This document shows positions 31,094 through 40,194 of a stretch of 64,000 nt of DNA, in pieces (within the stretch, counting starts at the first letter, position 1; the number at the start of each line of letters is the position of its first letter). The stretch lies in contig CAZMUA010000013.1 of NCBI GenBank assembly GCA_964569695.1, positions 20,876 through 84,875 on the forward strand. The letters run 5' to 3'. A program made the position numbers and the translations under genes. Under the pieces are notes generated by a model. The model saw nothing but the letters and a program-made list of their open reading frames with translations. It was not told the DNA's origin and did no database searches. This DNA is from an uncultured Woeseiaceae bacterium. GTDB taxonomy: Bacteria > Acidobacteriota > Vicinamibacteria > Vicinamibacterales > UBA823.

Positions 31094-31546
31094 TCAGGAC
31101 GCACTGCCAATCGGAATTTGTTTCGGTTTTGCATCTTCACGAAGTGGGAGTGCTACGGTTAAAGTCCCATCAGCATAATCAGCCTGAACCTGGCTAGATT
31201 CCACGGTTGTCGGTAGCCTGAATGAACGCTGGAAAGCTCCATAGCTGCGCTCAAGTCGATGCACCCTATCATCAGACACATCACTCTCAAGCTTCCTTTC
31301 ACCACTAATCGACAGCTTGTTGTCCTCGACCATGACCTTAATGTCATCTCGAGCCAAGCCGGGAAGCTCTGCCTTGATGATGAGGCCTTTTTTTCCATCT
31401 TCGTAGATGTCAACAGCTGGAATCCAAGCGCCATAGCTGACCTGGGCGGTCTTGTTTCGATTGAAACTTAAACCACAAAGCATGTCATCGAAGAGTCCTT
31501 CGATATTTGCCAATCCACGAAAAGGTTCATATCGCACTAATGTCAT
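31094..31546 (-). CDS. Hsp20/alpha-crystallin small heat-shock protein
   Basis: WIPAVDIYE, AELPG, ISGER, ERSYGAFQRSF, YADGTL; start ATG 31546 after an SD-like sequence. Confidence 0.95.
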   Translation of the reverse strand: MTLVRYEPFRGLANIEGLFDDMLCGLSFNRNKTAQVSYGAWIPAVDIYEDGKKGLIIKAELPGLARDDIKVMVEDNKLSISGERKLESDVSDDRVHRLERSYGAFQRSFRLPTTVESSQVQADYADGTLTVALPLREDAKPKQIPIGSAS

Positions 31547-31647
31547 TTCCTGCCTCTCTTTCGCTTTGACCAAATTCCCTAATTTTCAATTTGAATCATT
31601 TGGTCTAAGAATTATACACAAATAGTTAGTAATATAAAAGCATATTT

Positions 31648-31668
31648 CATGAGTGATATATACTCATA
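31648..31668. promoter_or_regulatory. HAIR-like (HspR-associated) inverted repeat upstream of hsp20
   Basis: CATGAGT-N7-ACTCATA vs HAIR CTTGAGT-N7-ACTCAAG, in an AT-rich hsp20 promoter region. Confidence 0.6.
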
Positions 31669-31878
31669 TTTTAAAAAGGAAGCCAAAAACATTTAAACAA
31701 CTAATATCAAAAGGTTTATGCCTTACTCGGAAAAATGACTGAATCTTTTCTTCAAAGCACGCGACAGAACTGCTTCGTCAATATGAAGTCAGTTTCCGTG
31801 GGACTTATCTAGATCCACTCCTCTTTCGTTTAGCTGTGCGGTAACGACAAACAGCCTGAAGACTATAATGCTATTACC

Positions 31879-32712
31879 GTGTCCAGAACCATTCGACTTC
31901 TCTTTATCGGCGATATTGTCGGCAAACCAGGCCGCGAACTGACTCAACGGGCGATTCCGCCATTAATCGATCGTTACTCAATTGATCTTGTTATAGCTAA
32001 TGTCGAAAATGCGGCCGGGGGTTTCGGAATTACTCGTGAGATCGGCGAATCAATTAGAGGCTATGGGGTTGATGTCATGACATCCGGCAACCATATTTGG
32101 GACAAAAAAGAGGTCATCGAATACATTCCTACGCAACCTCGCCTCATACGACCCGCCAATTATCCAGAAAAGGTCCCAGGACACGGGTACTATGAGGCGA
32201 CTACCGCCTTGGGCGATATGGTCACCGTAATCAACATTATGGGACAAGTCTTTATGGCAAATCTTGATAATCCGTTCAGGATTGTGCTTGAGACCCTCGA
32301 GAAACTTCGTAATCGGACTCCAATCATCCTGGTTGACTTTCATGCAGAGACTACATCAGAAAAGATGGCAATGGGTTGGTACCTGAATGGTAAGGTCACA
32401 GCAGTTGTTGGAACCCACACCCACGTCCAAACGGCCGACAACCGGGTCCTATCTGATGGAACAGCCTACATTACTGACGTTGGAATGACAGGACCACACG
32501 ATTCAGTTATCGGCGTCAATAAACAGGCGGCATTAACTCGGTTTCTTAGCGGAATGCCTGCGCGTTTTGAAACGGCAACCGATGACCCTCGTCTCAATGG
32601 CGTCGTTATTACAGCCGATAGCACTACGGGGCTAGCTACCGATATTGAACGCATTAGTCTTTCGGTTCAAGAAATCGAAAACTTGACCTCTGCGAACTTG
32701 AGTGTGTCGTGA
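31879..32712 (+). CDS. YmdB-like (TIGR00282) metallophosphoesterase
   Basis: GDIVGKPG, NVENAAGG, TSGNH, RPANYP, DFHAETTSEK, GTHTHV, DVGMTG. Confidence 0.95.
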   Translation: MSRTIRLLFIGDIVGKPGRELTQRAIPPLIDRYSIDLVIANVENAAGGFGITREIGESIRGYGVDVMTSGNHIWDKKEVIEYIPTQPRLIRPANYPEKVPGHGYYEATTALGDMVTVINIMGQVFMANLDNPFRIVLETLEKLRNRTPIILVDFHAETTSEKMAMGWYLNGKVTAVVGTHTHVQTADNRVLSDGTAYITDVGMTGPHDSVIGVNKQAALTRFLSGMPARFETATDDPRLNGVVITADSTTGLATDIERISLSVQEIENLTSANLSVS

Positions 32713-34124
32713 CCGATTCCCTCGCTCTTCCGTTTGAAGAACCGTCTGAAGCCGCGAAGACCAAGCAAGCTTCACCTGCCAGACCGACCACACAGCCACG
32801 GCGCATTATGACCGTGTCAGAATTAACTAGTGAAATTCGAGGACTACTTGAATCTTCATACAGTGAAATCCTCGTGGATGGTGAAATATCAAATTGTCGG
32901 CTATGGAACACCGGTCATTTGTACTTCACACTCAAGGATGACCATTCTCAGTTGAAGGTCGTCATGTTCAGAACAACAGTTCGATATCTAAAATTTCAAC
33001 CGGAAAATGGTCTAAGAGTAATTGCTCGTGGACGGGTTAGCGTATATGAACCAAAAGGAGAGTACCAAATCGTCTGCAGGCATCTAGAGCCGTATGGCAT
33101 TGGCGCCCTACAACTCGCCTTCGAACAATTAAAAGAGAAATTGCAAAAAGAAGGCTTGTTCAATGATGAACAAAAACAACCATTACCTGCATTACCTCGG
33201 AAGATTGGTATCGTGACATCGCTTGACAGTGCGGCACTGAGAGACATTATCAAAGTGCTGAGACGTCGGCACCCGAATACCCATCTACTCATAAGGCCGA
33301 CACGAGTCCAAGGTGTTGGGGCTGGCGATGAGATTGCTCAAGCCCTGACACAGATTGGTGCTGTTCCGGGTGTTGACGTAATCATCGCCGGTCGCGGCGG
33401 TGGTTCAATGGAAGACCTGTGGGCCTTTAATGAAGAATCCGTGGCTAGAGCTATTTCAGCGTCCAGCGTTCCAGTCATTTCAGCAGTCGGCCACGAAACT
33501 GATTTCACAATTGCAGATTTTGTAGCTGACCTCAGAGCAGCGACTCCGTCCGCTGCAGCGGAACTGGTGATAACGAGCAAAGACGAATACCACAACCGAA
33601 TCAACAGACTTAGTGAACAGCTACGCGCAAAAACTCTTATGCAAATCCATGAGTACCGGACAGACATAAGGGAACTTGAGCAACGTCCTGGTTTATCAGG
33701 ACTACCTGGCCGCGTAGCAATTCTGCGTCGGCAGATCACCGAACTTGCTCACAATTTAGCGCGGAGTAGTCGAGACATACACGCTATTGTCGAACGCCGC
33801 TATCATGCACTGGAACTACGACTCGAAGGGCAAAACCTCCGGCGAACATTCTTAAAACTACTGACTCAACTTGTAAGCTCAGAAGGAAAACTGCATGAAG
33901 CCGTGCAGCAAGTCGCCATGAAACGGCGCGCGACACTGGTGGAACTGTCTGGGCGCCTAGAATCGTTAAGTCCACTGGCAGTCTTAGCTCGTGGTTACGC
34001 GGTTTGCTGGGATGCCAAACGTTTGTCCATTCTAACCAACTCTAAAAATATAACGGCTGGAGACTCAGTGCGGATTACACTCCATCGAGGTGAGCTGGGC
34101 TGTGTAGTGAAGGACACCAAATAA
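32709..34124 (+). CDS. xseA: Exodeoxyribonuclease VII large subunit
   Basis: GEISN, GHLYFTLKD, RGGGSMEDLWAFN, SAVGHETD, TPSAAAE, LSPLAVLARGY. Confidence 0.97.
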   Translation: MTDSLALPFEEPSEAAKTKQASPARPTTQPRRIMTVSELTSEIRGLLESSYSEILVDGEISNCRLWNTGHLYFTLKDDHSQLKVVMFRTTVRYLKFQPENGLRVIARGRVSVYEPKGEYQIVCRHLEPYGIGALQLAFEQLKEKLQKEGLFNDEQKQPLPALPRKIGIVTSLDSAALRDIIKVLRRRHPNTHLLIRPTRVQGVGAGDEIAQALTQIGAVPGVDVIIAGRGGGSMEDLWAFNEESVARAISASSVPVISAVGHETDFTIADFVADLRAATPSAAAELVITSKDEYHNRINRLSEQLRAKTLMQIHEYRTDIRELEQRPGLSGLPGRVAILRRQITELAHNLARSSRDIHAIVERRYHALELRLEGQNLRRTFLKLLTQLVSSEGKLHEAVQQVAMKRRATLVELSGRLESLSPLAVLARGYAVCWDAKRLSILTNSKNITAGDSVRITLHRGELGCVVKDTK

Positions 34125-34378
34125 TGACACCTAAGAGCAAAACTAAAAGCAAGGATTTCGAGTCGGACCTTAAGGAACTTGAGAAGATCGTGAAGCAGCT
34201 TGAGGCAGGTGACCTGTCTTTAAAAGAAGCACTCAAATTATACGAGCGTGGGGTTTCGTTATCTCGATCCTGTCACGAGCAGCTAGAAGAAGCCGAGCGT
34301 CGTATTGAGGTGCTGGACGAACGTGGGGAACTCAAGCAAGTTGCTGACGATCTTACTGATACCGACGATCCATCCTGA
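34124..34378 (+). CDS. xseB: Exodeoxyribonuclease VII small subunit
   Basis: FE..LKELEKIV..LE.GDLSL...L..YERG; follows xseA. Confidence 0.95.
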   Translation: MTPKSKTKSKDFESDLKELEKIVKQLEAGDLSLKEALKLYERGVSLSRSCHEQLEEAERRIEVLDERGELKQVADDLTDTDDPS

Positions 34379-34387
34379 GAACAAACG

Positions 34388-35332
34388 TTGACTCATACTC
34401 CGAAACTCGCGGCCTATCTACAAACTTGTCAAGCTGAAGTAGATGAAGCGCTTGAACGTTTTCTTCCAAACGCAGAGACGTGCCCAGAAGTGCTTGCCGA
34501 AGCTATGCGGTACAGCGTGCTCGCTGGCGGAAAACGATTTCGCCCCGTACTCACTTTAATGACAGCGGACGCGATCGACGAGGCACAAGATACCGCATCT
34601 TCTCGGGCGTCCATCATGCCGGTAGCTTGTGCGATCGAATTTATCCATACGTACTCGCTAGTGCACGACGATCTTCCAGCCATGGACGACGATACATTAC
34701 GGCGTGGCCGGGCAACTACACATATGGCCTATGGCGAAGGTCTCGCGATCCTTGCTGGTGACGGACTCCTAACACAGGCATTTCATCTATTGACGAACGA
34801 ATTAGTCAACGCTGATCGTTCAATGGTCAATCGTCAGCTCAAAACGATACGCATCATTGCAGAAGCGGCTGGCGCTGTGGGAATGGTCGGTGGGCAAGCA
34901 ATCGATCTGGAGGCCAGCAGCATTACTCCTCAGTCGACAGACTCAATTCCACTTGATAGCAAGCAGTTGCGTGGTATGCATGCACGCAAGACCGGCGCAC
35001 TCATTCGTGCGGCAGCAGTAGCAGGTTCCACCATGGCCGGAGCAACTGACTCACTTACCAACATAGTTGATCAGTACGCCACTCATCTTGGACTCGCATT
35101 TCAGATTGTAGATGATATTCTCGATGTTGAAGGTGCAGTTGAGGCGCTTGGTAAAACAGTGGGAAAGGATGCTTCAGCAGGTAAGACAACCTATCCGTCA
35201 CTCTATGGTGTAGCTGAGTCACGCCGACTCGCGAACGAATCAGTGGAACGAGCTCACGAAGTGCTTCGAAATGCTGATCTTAAAGGGTATCTCCCAGACA
35301 TCGCCAGTTGGGTCGTTACAAGATCCAACTGA
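34388..35332 (+). CDS. ispA: Farnesyl/geranylgeranyl diphosphate synthase
   Basis: GGKRFRP, HDDLPAMDDDTLRRG, GQAID, KTGAL, FQIVDDILD, GKD. Confidence 0.94.
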   Translation: MTHTPKLAAYLQTCQAEVDEALERFLPNAETCPEVLAEAMRYSVLAGGKRFRPVLTLMTADAIDEAQDTASSRASIMPVACAIEFIHTYSLVHDDLPAMDDDTLRRGRATTHMAYGEGLAILAGDGLLTQAFHLLTNELVNADRSMVNRQLKTIRIIAEAAGAVGMVGGQAIDLEASSITPQSTDSIPLDSKQLRGMHARKTGALIRAAAVAGSTMAGATDSLTNIVDQYATHLGLAFQIVDDILDVEGAVEALGKTVGKDASAGKTTYPSLYGVAESRRLANESVERAHEVLRNADLKGYLPDIASWVVTRSN

Positions 35333-35402
35333 CAAGTTATTAGTTAGTGCGATCAAGATTATTGATAGTCCTTACGTGATTTCGTGACTTGAGGAATAGC
35401 GC

Positions 35403-36179
35403 ATGAAAAAGGTCCGGCTCGACACATTGCTCGTCGAGCGGCATCTCGCCCACTCCCGTGAGCGAGCCCGGGCATTAATCCTAGCCGGAAAAGTACGTCT
35501 TGCGGATCAGTCTTCTCCCTCCAAACCAGGCACACTCGTCTCCCAGGAAACTAAGCTCATTCTCGTCGAACCCGACCACCCTTACGTTGGACGTGGAGGC
35601 CTCAAGTTGGAACATGCCCTGCAAATATTCTCGATTGATGTTGCGGGCCGTGATGCGCTTGACATCGGAGCTTCCACTGGTGGGTTCACCGATGTTTTAC
35701 TGCGGGGCGGAGCTCGACAGGTCGTAGCCCTCGATGTCGGTCATGGACAACTTGACTGGGAGCTTCGTCAGAATCCACGAGTTTTTGTGCTGGAACGCGT
35801 TAATGCCCGCGCACTCGAACGTGCGCCACTGCCCGACGACCTATCACGATTCGACATCGTGAGTATCGACGTCTCTTTCATTTCATTAACCCTAATTTTA
35901 CCGGGCCTCCCTGCACGTCTGAATCGTAGAGCCGATCTAATTGCACTGGTAAAACCCCAGTTTGAGGCTGGACGGGCAGAGATTGGCCGAGGAGGGATTG
36001 TTCGAGACCCTACGGTTCACGCGAGAGTGATCGAACAGGTAGTATCGGCAGGAGATCGGTTAGGATTATCAAGAGTGAATACAGTCGAATCGCCAATAAC
36101 AGGAGCGGAAGGAAATAGAGAGTTCTTCCTGCACTTTAAGCGCGCTGAAGACATTGACGCAGACAGTGAGCCAACATGA
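35403..36179 (+). CDS. tlyA: TlyA-family rRNA 2'-O-methyltransferase
   Basis: S4 domain; YVGRGGLKL, DIGASTGGFT, DVSFISL, VKPQFE, SPITGAEGNREF. Confidence 0.95.
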   Translation: MKKVRLDTLLVERHLAHSRERARALILAGKVRLADQSSPSKPGTLVSQETKLILVEPDHPYVGRGGLKLEHALQIFSIDVAGRDALDIGASTGGFTDVLLRGGARQVVALDVGHGQLDWELRQNPRVFVLERVNARALERAPLPDDLSRFDIVSIDVSFISLTLILPGLPARLNRRADLIALVKPQFEAGRAEIGRGGIVRDPTVHARVIEQVVSAGDRLGLSRVNTVESPITGAEGNREFFLHFKRAEDIDADSEPT

Positions 36180-37078
36180 AGCAGTCCGAAAATAGTGCAC
36201 AACAGCCCATCCGCCGCGTAGGCATTGTCGCAAAGTCTCAACTGGACGAAGCCGCTGGTCTTTTAACTGATCTCCAGTCTTGGTTGACAGCACATAATGT
36301 TACACCCGTCTTCGAAACTTCCACAGCGGCACTAGCAGGTCTTGATGTTAAGACTCTCAACCGTGACGACCTGCCGTCTGATGTTGACATGGTGTTAGTA
36401 CTTGGTGGCGATGGAACACTACTCGGAATGGCGGATCGGATTGCTGAAACTGGCGCCAATATCCCTATGCTGGCCGTCAATTTCGGCGGACTGGGTTTCC
36501 TGACAGAAATCACCCTTGACGAACTCTATCCATCCCTGGAATTAGCCCTGAATGGCACTGCGAAACTTGACCAACGTCACATGCTCCGTGCGGTTGTTAA
36601 GCGTAACAAGCAAACCGTGGTTGAACGACTGGTCTTAAATGACGTAACGATCATCCGCGGCGCAAGTTCGCCGATCATGGACCTGGCAGTATCAGTAGGT
36701 TCACAATTTGTAGCCAACTTTAAGGCTGATGGTCTCATTGTCGCGAGCCCAACCGGATCAACAGCCTACAACCTTGCTGTTGGCGGACCAATTGTCCATC
36801 CGCTCGTTGAAGCATTGATTCTCACCCCAATCGCTCCACACACCTTAACCAATCGTCCAATCGTTTTACCAAAAGCCTCCGAAGTTCACATCCAGCCAGT
36901 GTTCGGTTGTGATAATGACGAAGTTGTGACCACCTTCGATGGTCAGTTCGGAGTGAAGTTACAATGCGATGATATTGTCTGTGTCTCCGCTGCTTCGGGA
37001 TCACTCAAACTATTTCGAGCCCCCACACGAAATTACTTCGCGGTACTCAGGGAAAAACTAAAGTGGGCAGAACGCTAG
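36176..37078 (+). CDS. nadK: NAD kinase
   Basis: LGGDGTLL, GLGFL, LND, DGLIVASPTGSTAY, PHTL. Confidence 0.95.
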   Translation: MKQSENSAQQPIRRVGIVAKSQLDEAAGLLTDLQSWLTAHNVTPVFETSTAALAGLDVKTLNRDDLPSDVDMVLVLGGDGTLLGMADRIAETGANIPMLAVNFGGLGFLTEITLDELYPSLELALNGTAKLDQRHMLRAVVKRNKQTVVERLVLNDVTIIRGASSPIMDLAVSVGSQFVANFKADGLIVASPTGSTAYNLAVGGPIVHPLVEALILTPIAPHTLTNRPIVLPKASEVHIQPVFGCDNDEVVTTFDGQFGVKLQCDDIVCVSAASGSLKLFRAPTRNYFAVLREKLKWAER

Positions 37079-37129
37079 ACTAGAGTTCTTCGCTGCTTCA
37101 CTTGGAACACTTATCCGACTCGGTGCGAG

Positions 37130-38188
37130 CTATTTTCTTGAGTTCCTACGTTGTTGAAAATAACGAACCTGATATTCACGCACATTCCGATTGTGTTCCC
37201 TTAGTGATGCGGCAAACACATGCGAGCCATCGTTACGGCTCACAAAATACAGATACTGAACATCGTCTGGTTGAACAGCTGCCTTCAACGCTGCTAAGCC
37301 AGGCGAAGCAATGGGGCCGGGTGGTAATCCCGCGTACACGTAAGTGTTATAAGGAGAATCAAATCGTAGGTTCGCTCGTGTCAAGTTGTTCTTATAAAGG
37401 CCAGCTCGCTGCAGAGCATAGATTACGGTTGGATCAGATTGCAGCAACATACCGAGTTCGAGGCGATTCGTGAATACACCAGACACCACAGTCCGTTCAT
37501 CTGCCCGCGCCGTCTCCCGCTCTATGATAGAGGCTAGGGTGACCACCTCTCTCGGAGTGAAGCCTCTTACCTGACTTTCACGTCGTAATTCTTCGTCAAA
37601 TTTCTGTTCAAAACTCGCCACCATGGCTGACACCAACTGGCCCGCCGTAGCATTACGGGGTAAAGCATAGGTATCCGGAAAAAGATATCCCTCAAGATCG
37701 ATTGCGTCTTGGTCAAAATGGGCAACGAGTTCAGTGTTTTGCCCCGAAGCATAAAATTCCTCCCGTGTTCCAAAGTCACTGGCACCAAAAATTTCAGCCA
37801 TTTGTGCCAAGGTTAACCCTTCGGGAAAAGTGATTGTCCGGAGGTGTACACGTCCTCGCGCAATCTTTTCGAGAACTTGAATAGCCGTCATTGGAGAGTC
37901 AAATTTGTACTCTCCAGCCTGCAAGCGACTCGCACTCTTGGTCTTCCAGGTCGCGTAGCGAAAAGCCCATCGATCACGAACGATACCAGCCGCAATGAGT
38001 TGGCGAGCGATCGTAACAGCATCTGATCCATGTGTTATATCAACAAACCGCTCCTTACCGACGTAACCACGATAAGGCTCGGTGAACTGCGAATAGATGC
38101 GTAAACCAGAAAAAGCACAGAACCCTATGAGACCAAAGACGGTAAGCAAAACCCAGAAACGTCGGCTGGTAAAAATTTCAACCATCAC
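37130..38188 (-). CDS. mltG: Endolytic murein transglycosylase
   Basis: N-terminal TM; LQAGEY, PEG, LEGYLFPDTY, ASIIERE, QSDPT, SPYNTY, GLPPGPI. Confidence 0.96.
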   Translation of the reverse strand: MMVEIFTSRRFWVLLTVFGLIGFCAFSGLRIYSQFTEPYRGYVGKERFVDITHGSDAVTIARQLIAAGIVRDRWAFRYATWKTKSASRLQAGEYKFDSPMTAIQVLEKIARGRVHLRTITFPEGLTLAQMAEIFGASDFGTREEFYASGQNTELVAHFDQDAIDLEGYLFPDTYALPRNATAGQLVSAMVASFEQKFDEELRRESQVRGFTPREVVTLASIIERETARADERTVVSGVFTNRLELGMLLQSDPTVIYALQRAGLYKNNLTRANLRFDSPYNTYVYAGLPPGPIASPGLAALKAAVQPDDVQYLYFVSRNDGSHVFAASLREHNRNVREYQVRYFQQRRNSRK

Positions 38189-38622
38189 TACACTTTTGCG
38201 GTATCGAGATAATCCTGAAGAATTACAGTGGCCGCTGCAGCATCCAAGCGAGATTTACGCTTGCGCCAGTCGGTTTCACGTATCGCAAGAAGTCTTTCGG
38301 CTTCGTAACTGCTCAAACGTTCATCTTGAAAAGCTACCGGAACCTCTGTCCCTTTACGTAACGCGTCAACAAATGCCTGCACGTGAACAGTTTGTTCGCT
38401 CGGTGTGCCATCAAGGTGCGTTGGGAGACCAACCACAACGCAACCGAGACCATCTTCTTCAGATTGCAATTCGCGAACGCTCTTTAGCACCTGGTCAATA
38501 GCCTCATTATTCGACGAGTGTTGTCGGTCAAGGACCTTCCAAGGACGGGCGAGAGTTCCGGAAGAATCACTTAGCGCAAGCCCAATTCGCCGATTGCCAT
38601 AATCCAAGCCAAGTAATCTCAC
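38188..38622 (-). CDS. ruvX: YqgF/RuvX pre-16S rRNA nuclease / Holliday junction resolvase
   Basis: LGLDYGNRRIGLALSD, VVGLP, DERLSS, DAAAATVILQ; probable start GTG 38622. Confidence 0.94.
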   Translation of the reverse strand: MRLLGLDYGNRRIGLALSDSSGTLARPWKVLDRQHSSNNEAIDQVLKSVRELQSEEDGLGCVVVGLPTHLDGTPSEQTVHVQAFVDALRKGTEVPVAFQDERLSSYEAERLLAIRETDWRKRKSRLDAAAATVILQDYLDTAKV

Positions 38623-38628
38623 CTCGAT

Positions 38629-38657
38629 AGCGTAACGGTCGTAGTCGACCCTGTCTA
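38629..38657 (-). promoter_or_regulatory. Putative sigma70 promoter of ruvX-mltG (leaderless geometry)
   Basis: Minus strand TAGACA-N17-TACGCT-N6-GTG. Confidence 0.5.
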
Positions 38658-38751
38658 GGCAAGTCCAGACATTTACTGGTAATGATATAACCTTGTTTAT
38701 CGTCGTCTTGTTCGACCGTAGCATCAATAATCCGATAGAATATGAACAACC

Positions 38752-39918
38752 TTGACTCGAAACTCTCGCCTAGTCGTTCTGTTTGTATCACTGCCAATCC
38801 TGACCTTCGCGTTACTTGGTGGTTATCTCAGGAACACACTCGCACAGGAAGATGTCTATCGCCATCTGCAAATCTTTGAAGATGTCGTAACACTGATTTC
38901 AGAACATTACGTTGAGGTTGTTGACCATGACGAATTAATGCAAGGAGCCATGAGAGGTTTATCGGCTGGTCTCGACGGGAGAAGTTCTTATCTAACGAGA
39001 CAGGAAGTGACGCTTGTCGAACAAGACATGCCACTTCCAGAAGGTCAAACTGGCTTAACACTCACAAATGAATACTACCCCCGCGTTGTTGCGGCGAGGG
39101 ATGGCTCGCCTGCTAAAATAGCCGGCTTAATGCCAGGAGACTACGTGCGTAACATCAATGGAGAGTCCACACGGAACATGAGTCTACTCTCCGTTTCGCG
39201 CCTGTTGAGAGGTGAGCCGGGCTCGAAGGTGTCGCTAACCATCTTACGTGGTAATGCGACGGAACCACATACTGTGGAACTCACCTTCACAATTGCTGAA
39301 GCCTCAGAGATGTTGAAGAAAATGGTATCACCAGGAGTCGGGTATCTTCGTATACCGACTTTCGAACAGATCAATCCAAGTGAGGTTGCGTCGACAATTG
39401 GTACCTTGATGATGGCTGGTGCTGAGAGCCTAATAATCGACCTCCGGGAAACAGCCGAAGGTGCTCTTAAAGCGGGACACGATCTCGCTGAACTTTTTGC
39501 GCCAGCTGGAACAATGAGTATCCAAGAATCTCGTGGTGAAGATCGTGAAGTGATTAGTGTTGATGAGGATGGCAGGTATCTGACTCTTCGCCTCGTTATC
39601 TTAATCAACAGCGGTACATCAGGCCCAGCCGAATTATTTGCAGCAGCACTCGCGCCCAACCAACGTGCGACTCTTATCGGCACACAGAGTCAGGGTCAAA
39701 CCGCAGATCAACGACTCGTAAAATTACCGGATGGAAGTGGCCTTTGGCTGTCATGGACTCATTACCTAACACCCGACGGAGAGGCAATACATGGATATGG
39801 ACTTGAACCGACTATCATCGCCGAAGAACAGTTCGTCGAATTCGGCAGCAACCCTCCAGATGACGATCAAGGACTCGCAAGAGCTCTCGATTACTTGGTA
39901 AGTGGATCTATTTCCTAG
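38752..39918 (+). CDS. S41 (CtpA-like) PDZ protease homolog lacking the catalytic Ser/Lys
   Basis: HYVE, PDZ (GSPAKIAGLMPGD), GYLRI, IIDLR, YLTPDG; catalytic motifs altered to GTSGPAE and SQGQT. Confidence 0.85.
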   Translation: MTRNSRLVVLFVSLPILTFALLGGYLRNTLAQEDVYRHLQIFEDVVTLISEHYVEVVDHDELMQGAMRGLSAGLDGRSSYLTRQEVTLVEQDMPLPEGQTGLTLTNEYYPRVVAARDGSPAKIAGLMPGDYVRNINGESTRNMSLLSVSRLLRGEPGSKVSLTILRGNATEPHTVELTFTIAEASEMLKKMVSPGVGYLRIPTFEQINPSEVASTIGTLMMAGAESLIIDLRETAEGALKAGHDLAELFAPAGTMSIQESRGEDREVISVDEDGRYLTLRLVILINSGTSGPAELFAAALAPNQRATLIGTQSQGQTADQRLVKLPDGSGLWLSWTHYLTPDGEAIHGYGLEPTIIAEEQFVEFGSNPPDDDQGLARALDYLVSGSIS

Positions 39919-39929
39919 CCAGCGTTTCA

Positions 39930-39959
39930 TTGACTCTCACATGAACGGATTGTTATACT
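39930..39959 (+). promoter_or_regulatory. Sigma70 promoter for tRNA-Val/thrS
   Basis: TTGACT-N18-TATACT with extended -10 TG. Confidence 0.65.
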
Positions 39960-39993
39960 TGGCGCTTCCGCAAGACCATTGTTCTCAAGACAT

Positions 39994-40070
39994 AGGCGCG
40001 TAGCTCAGTTGGTTAGAGCGCCTGCTTGACATGCAGGAGGTCGGCGGTTCGAGTCCGCCCGTGCCTACCA
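39994..40070 (+). tRNA. tRNA-Val(GAC)
   Basis: AGGCGCG/CGTGCCT acceptor stem; D-arm TAGCTCAGTTGGTTAGAGC; anticodon arm CCTGC-TTGACAT-GCAGG; GGTTCGAGTCC; encoded CCA. Confidence 0.97.
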
Positions 40071-40194
40071 CGATCTTAGAACACAGTTCGCGGAAAGGCG
40101 TGGGGTCATGCGACCTGTGAGAAAGGATCTTGCGCGAGTCACCAAAATTAGTGCACTGCTCGCTTGCCAGTCGCCGTAACTAATTCGTCATCAC

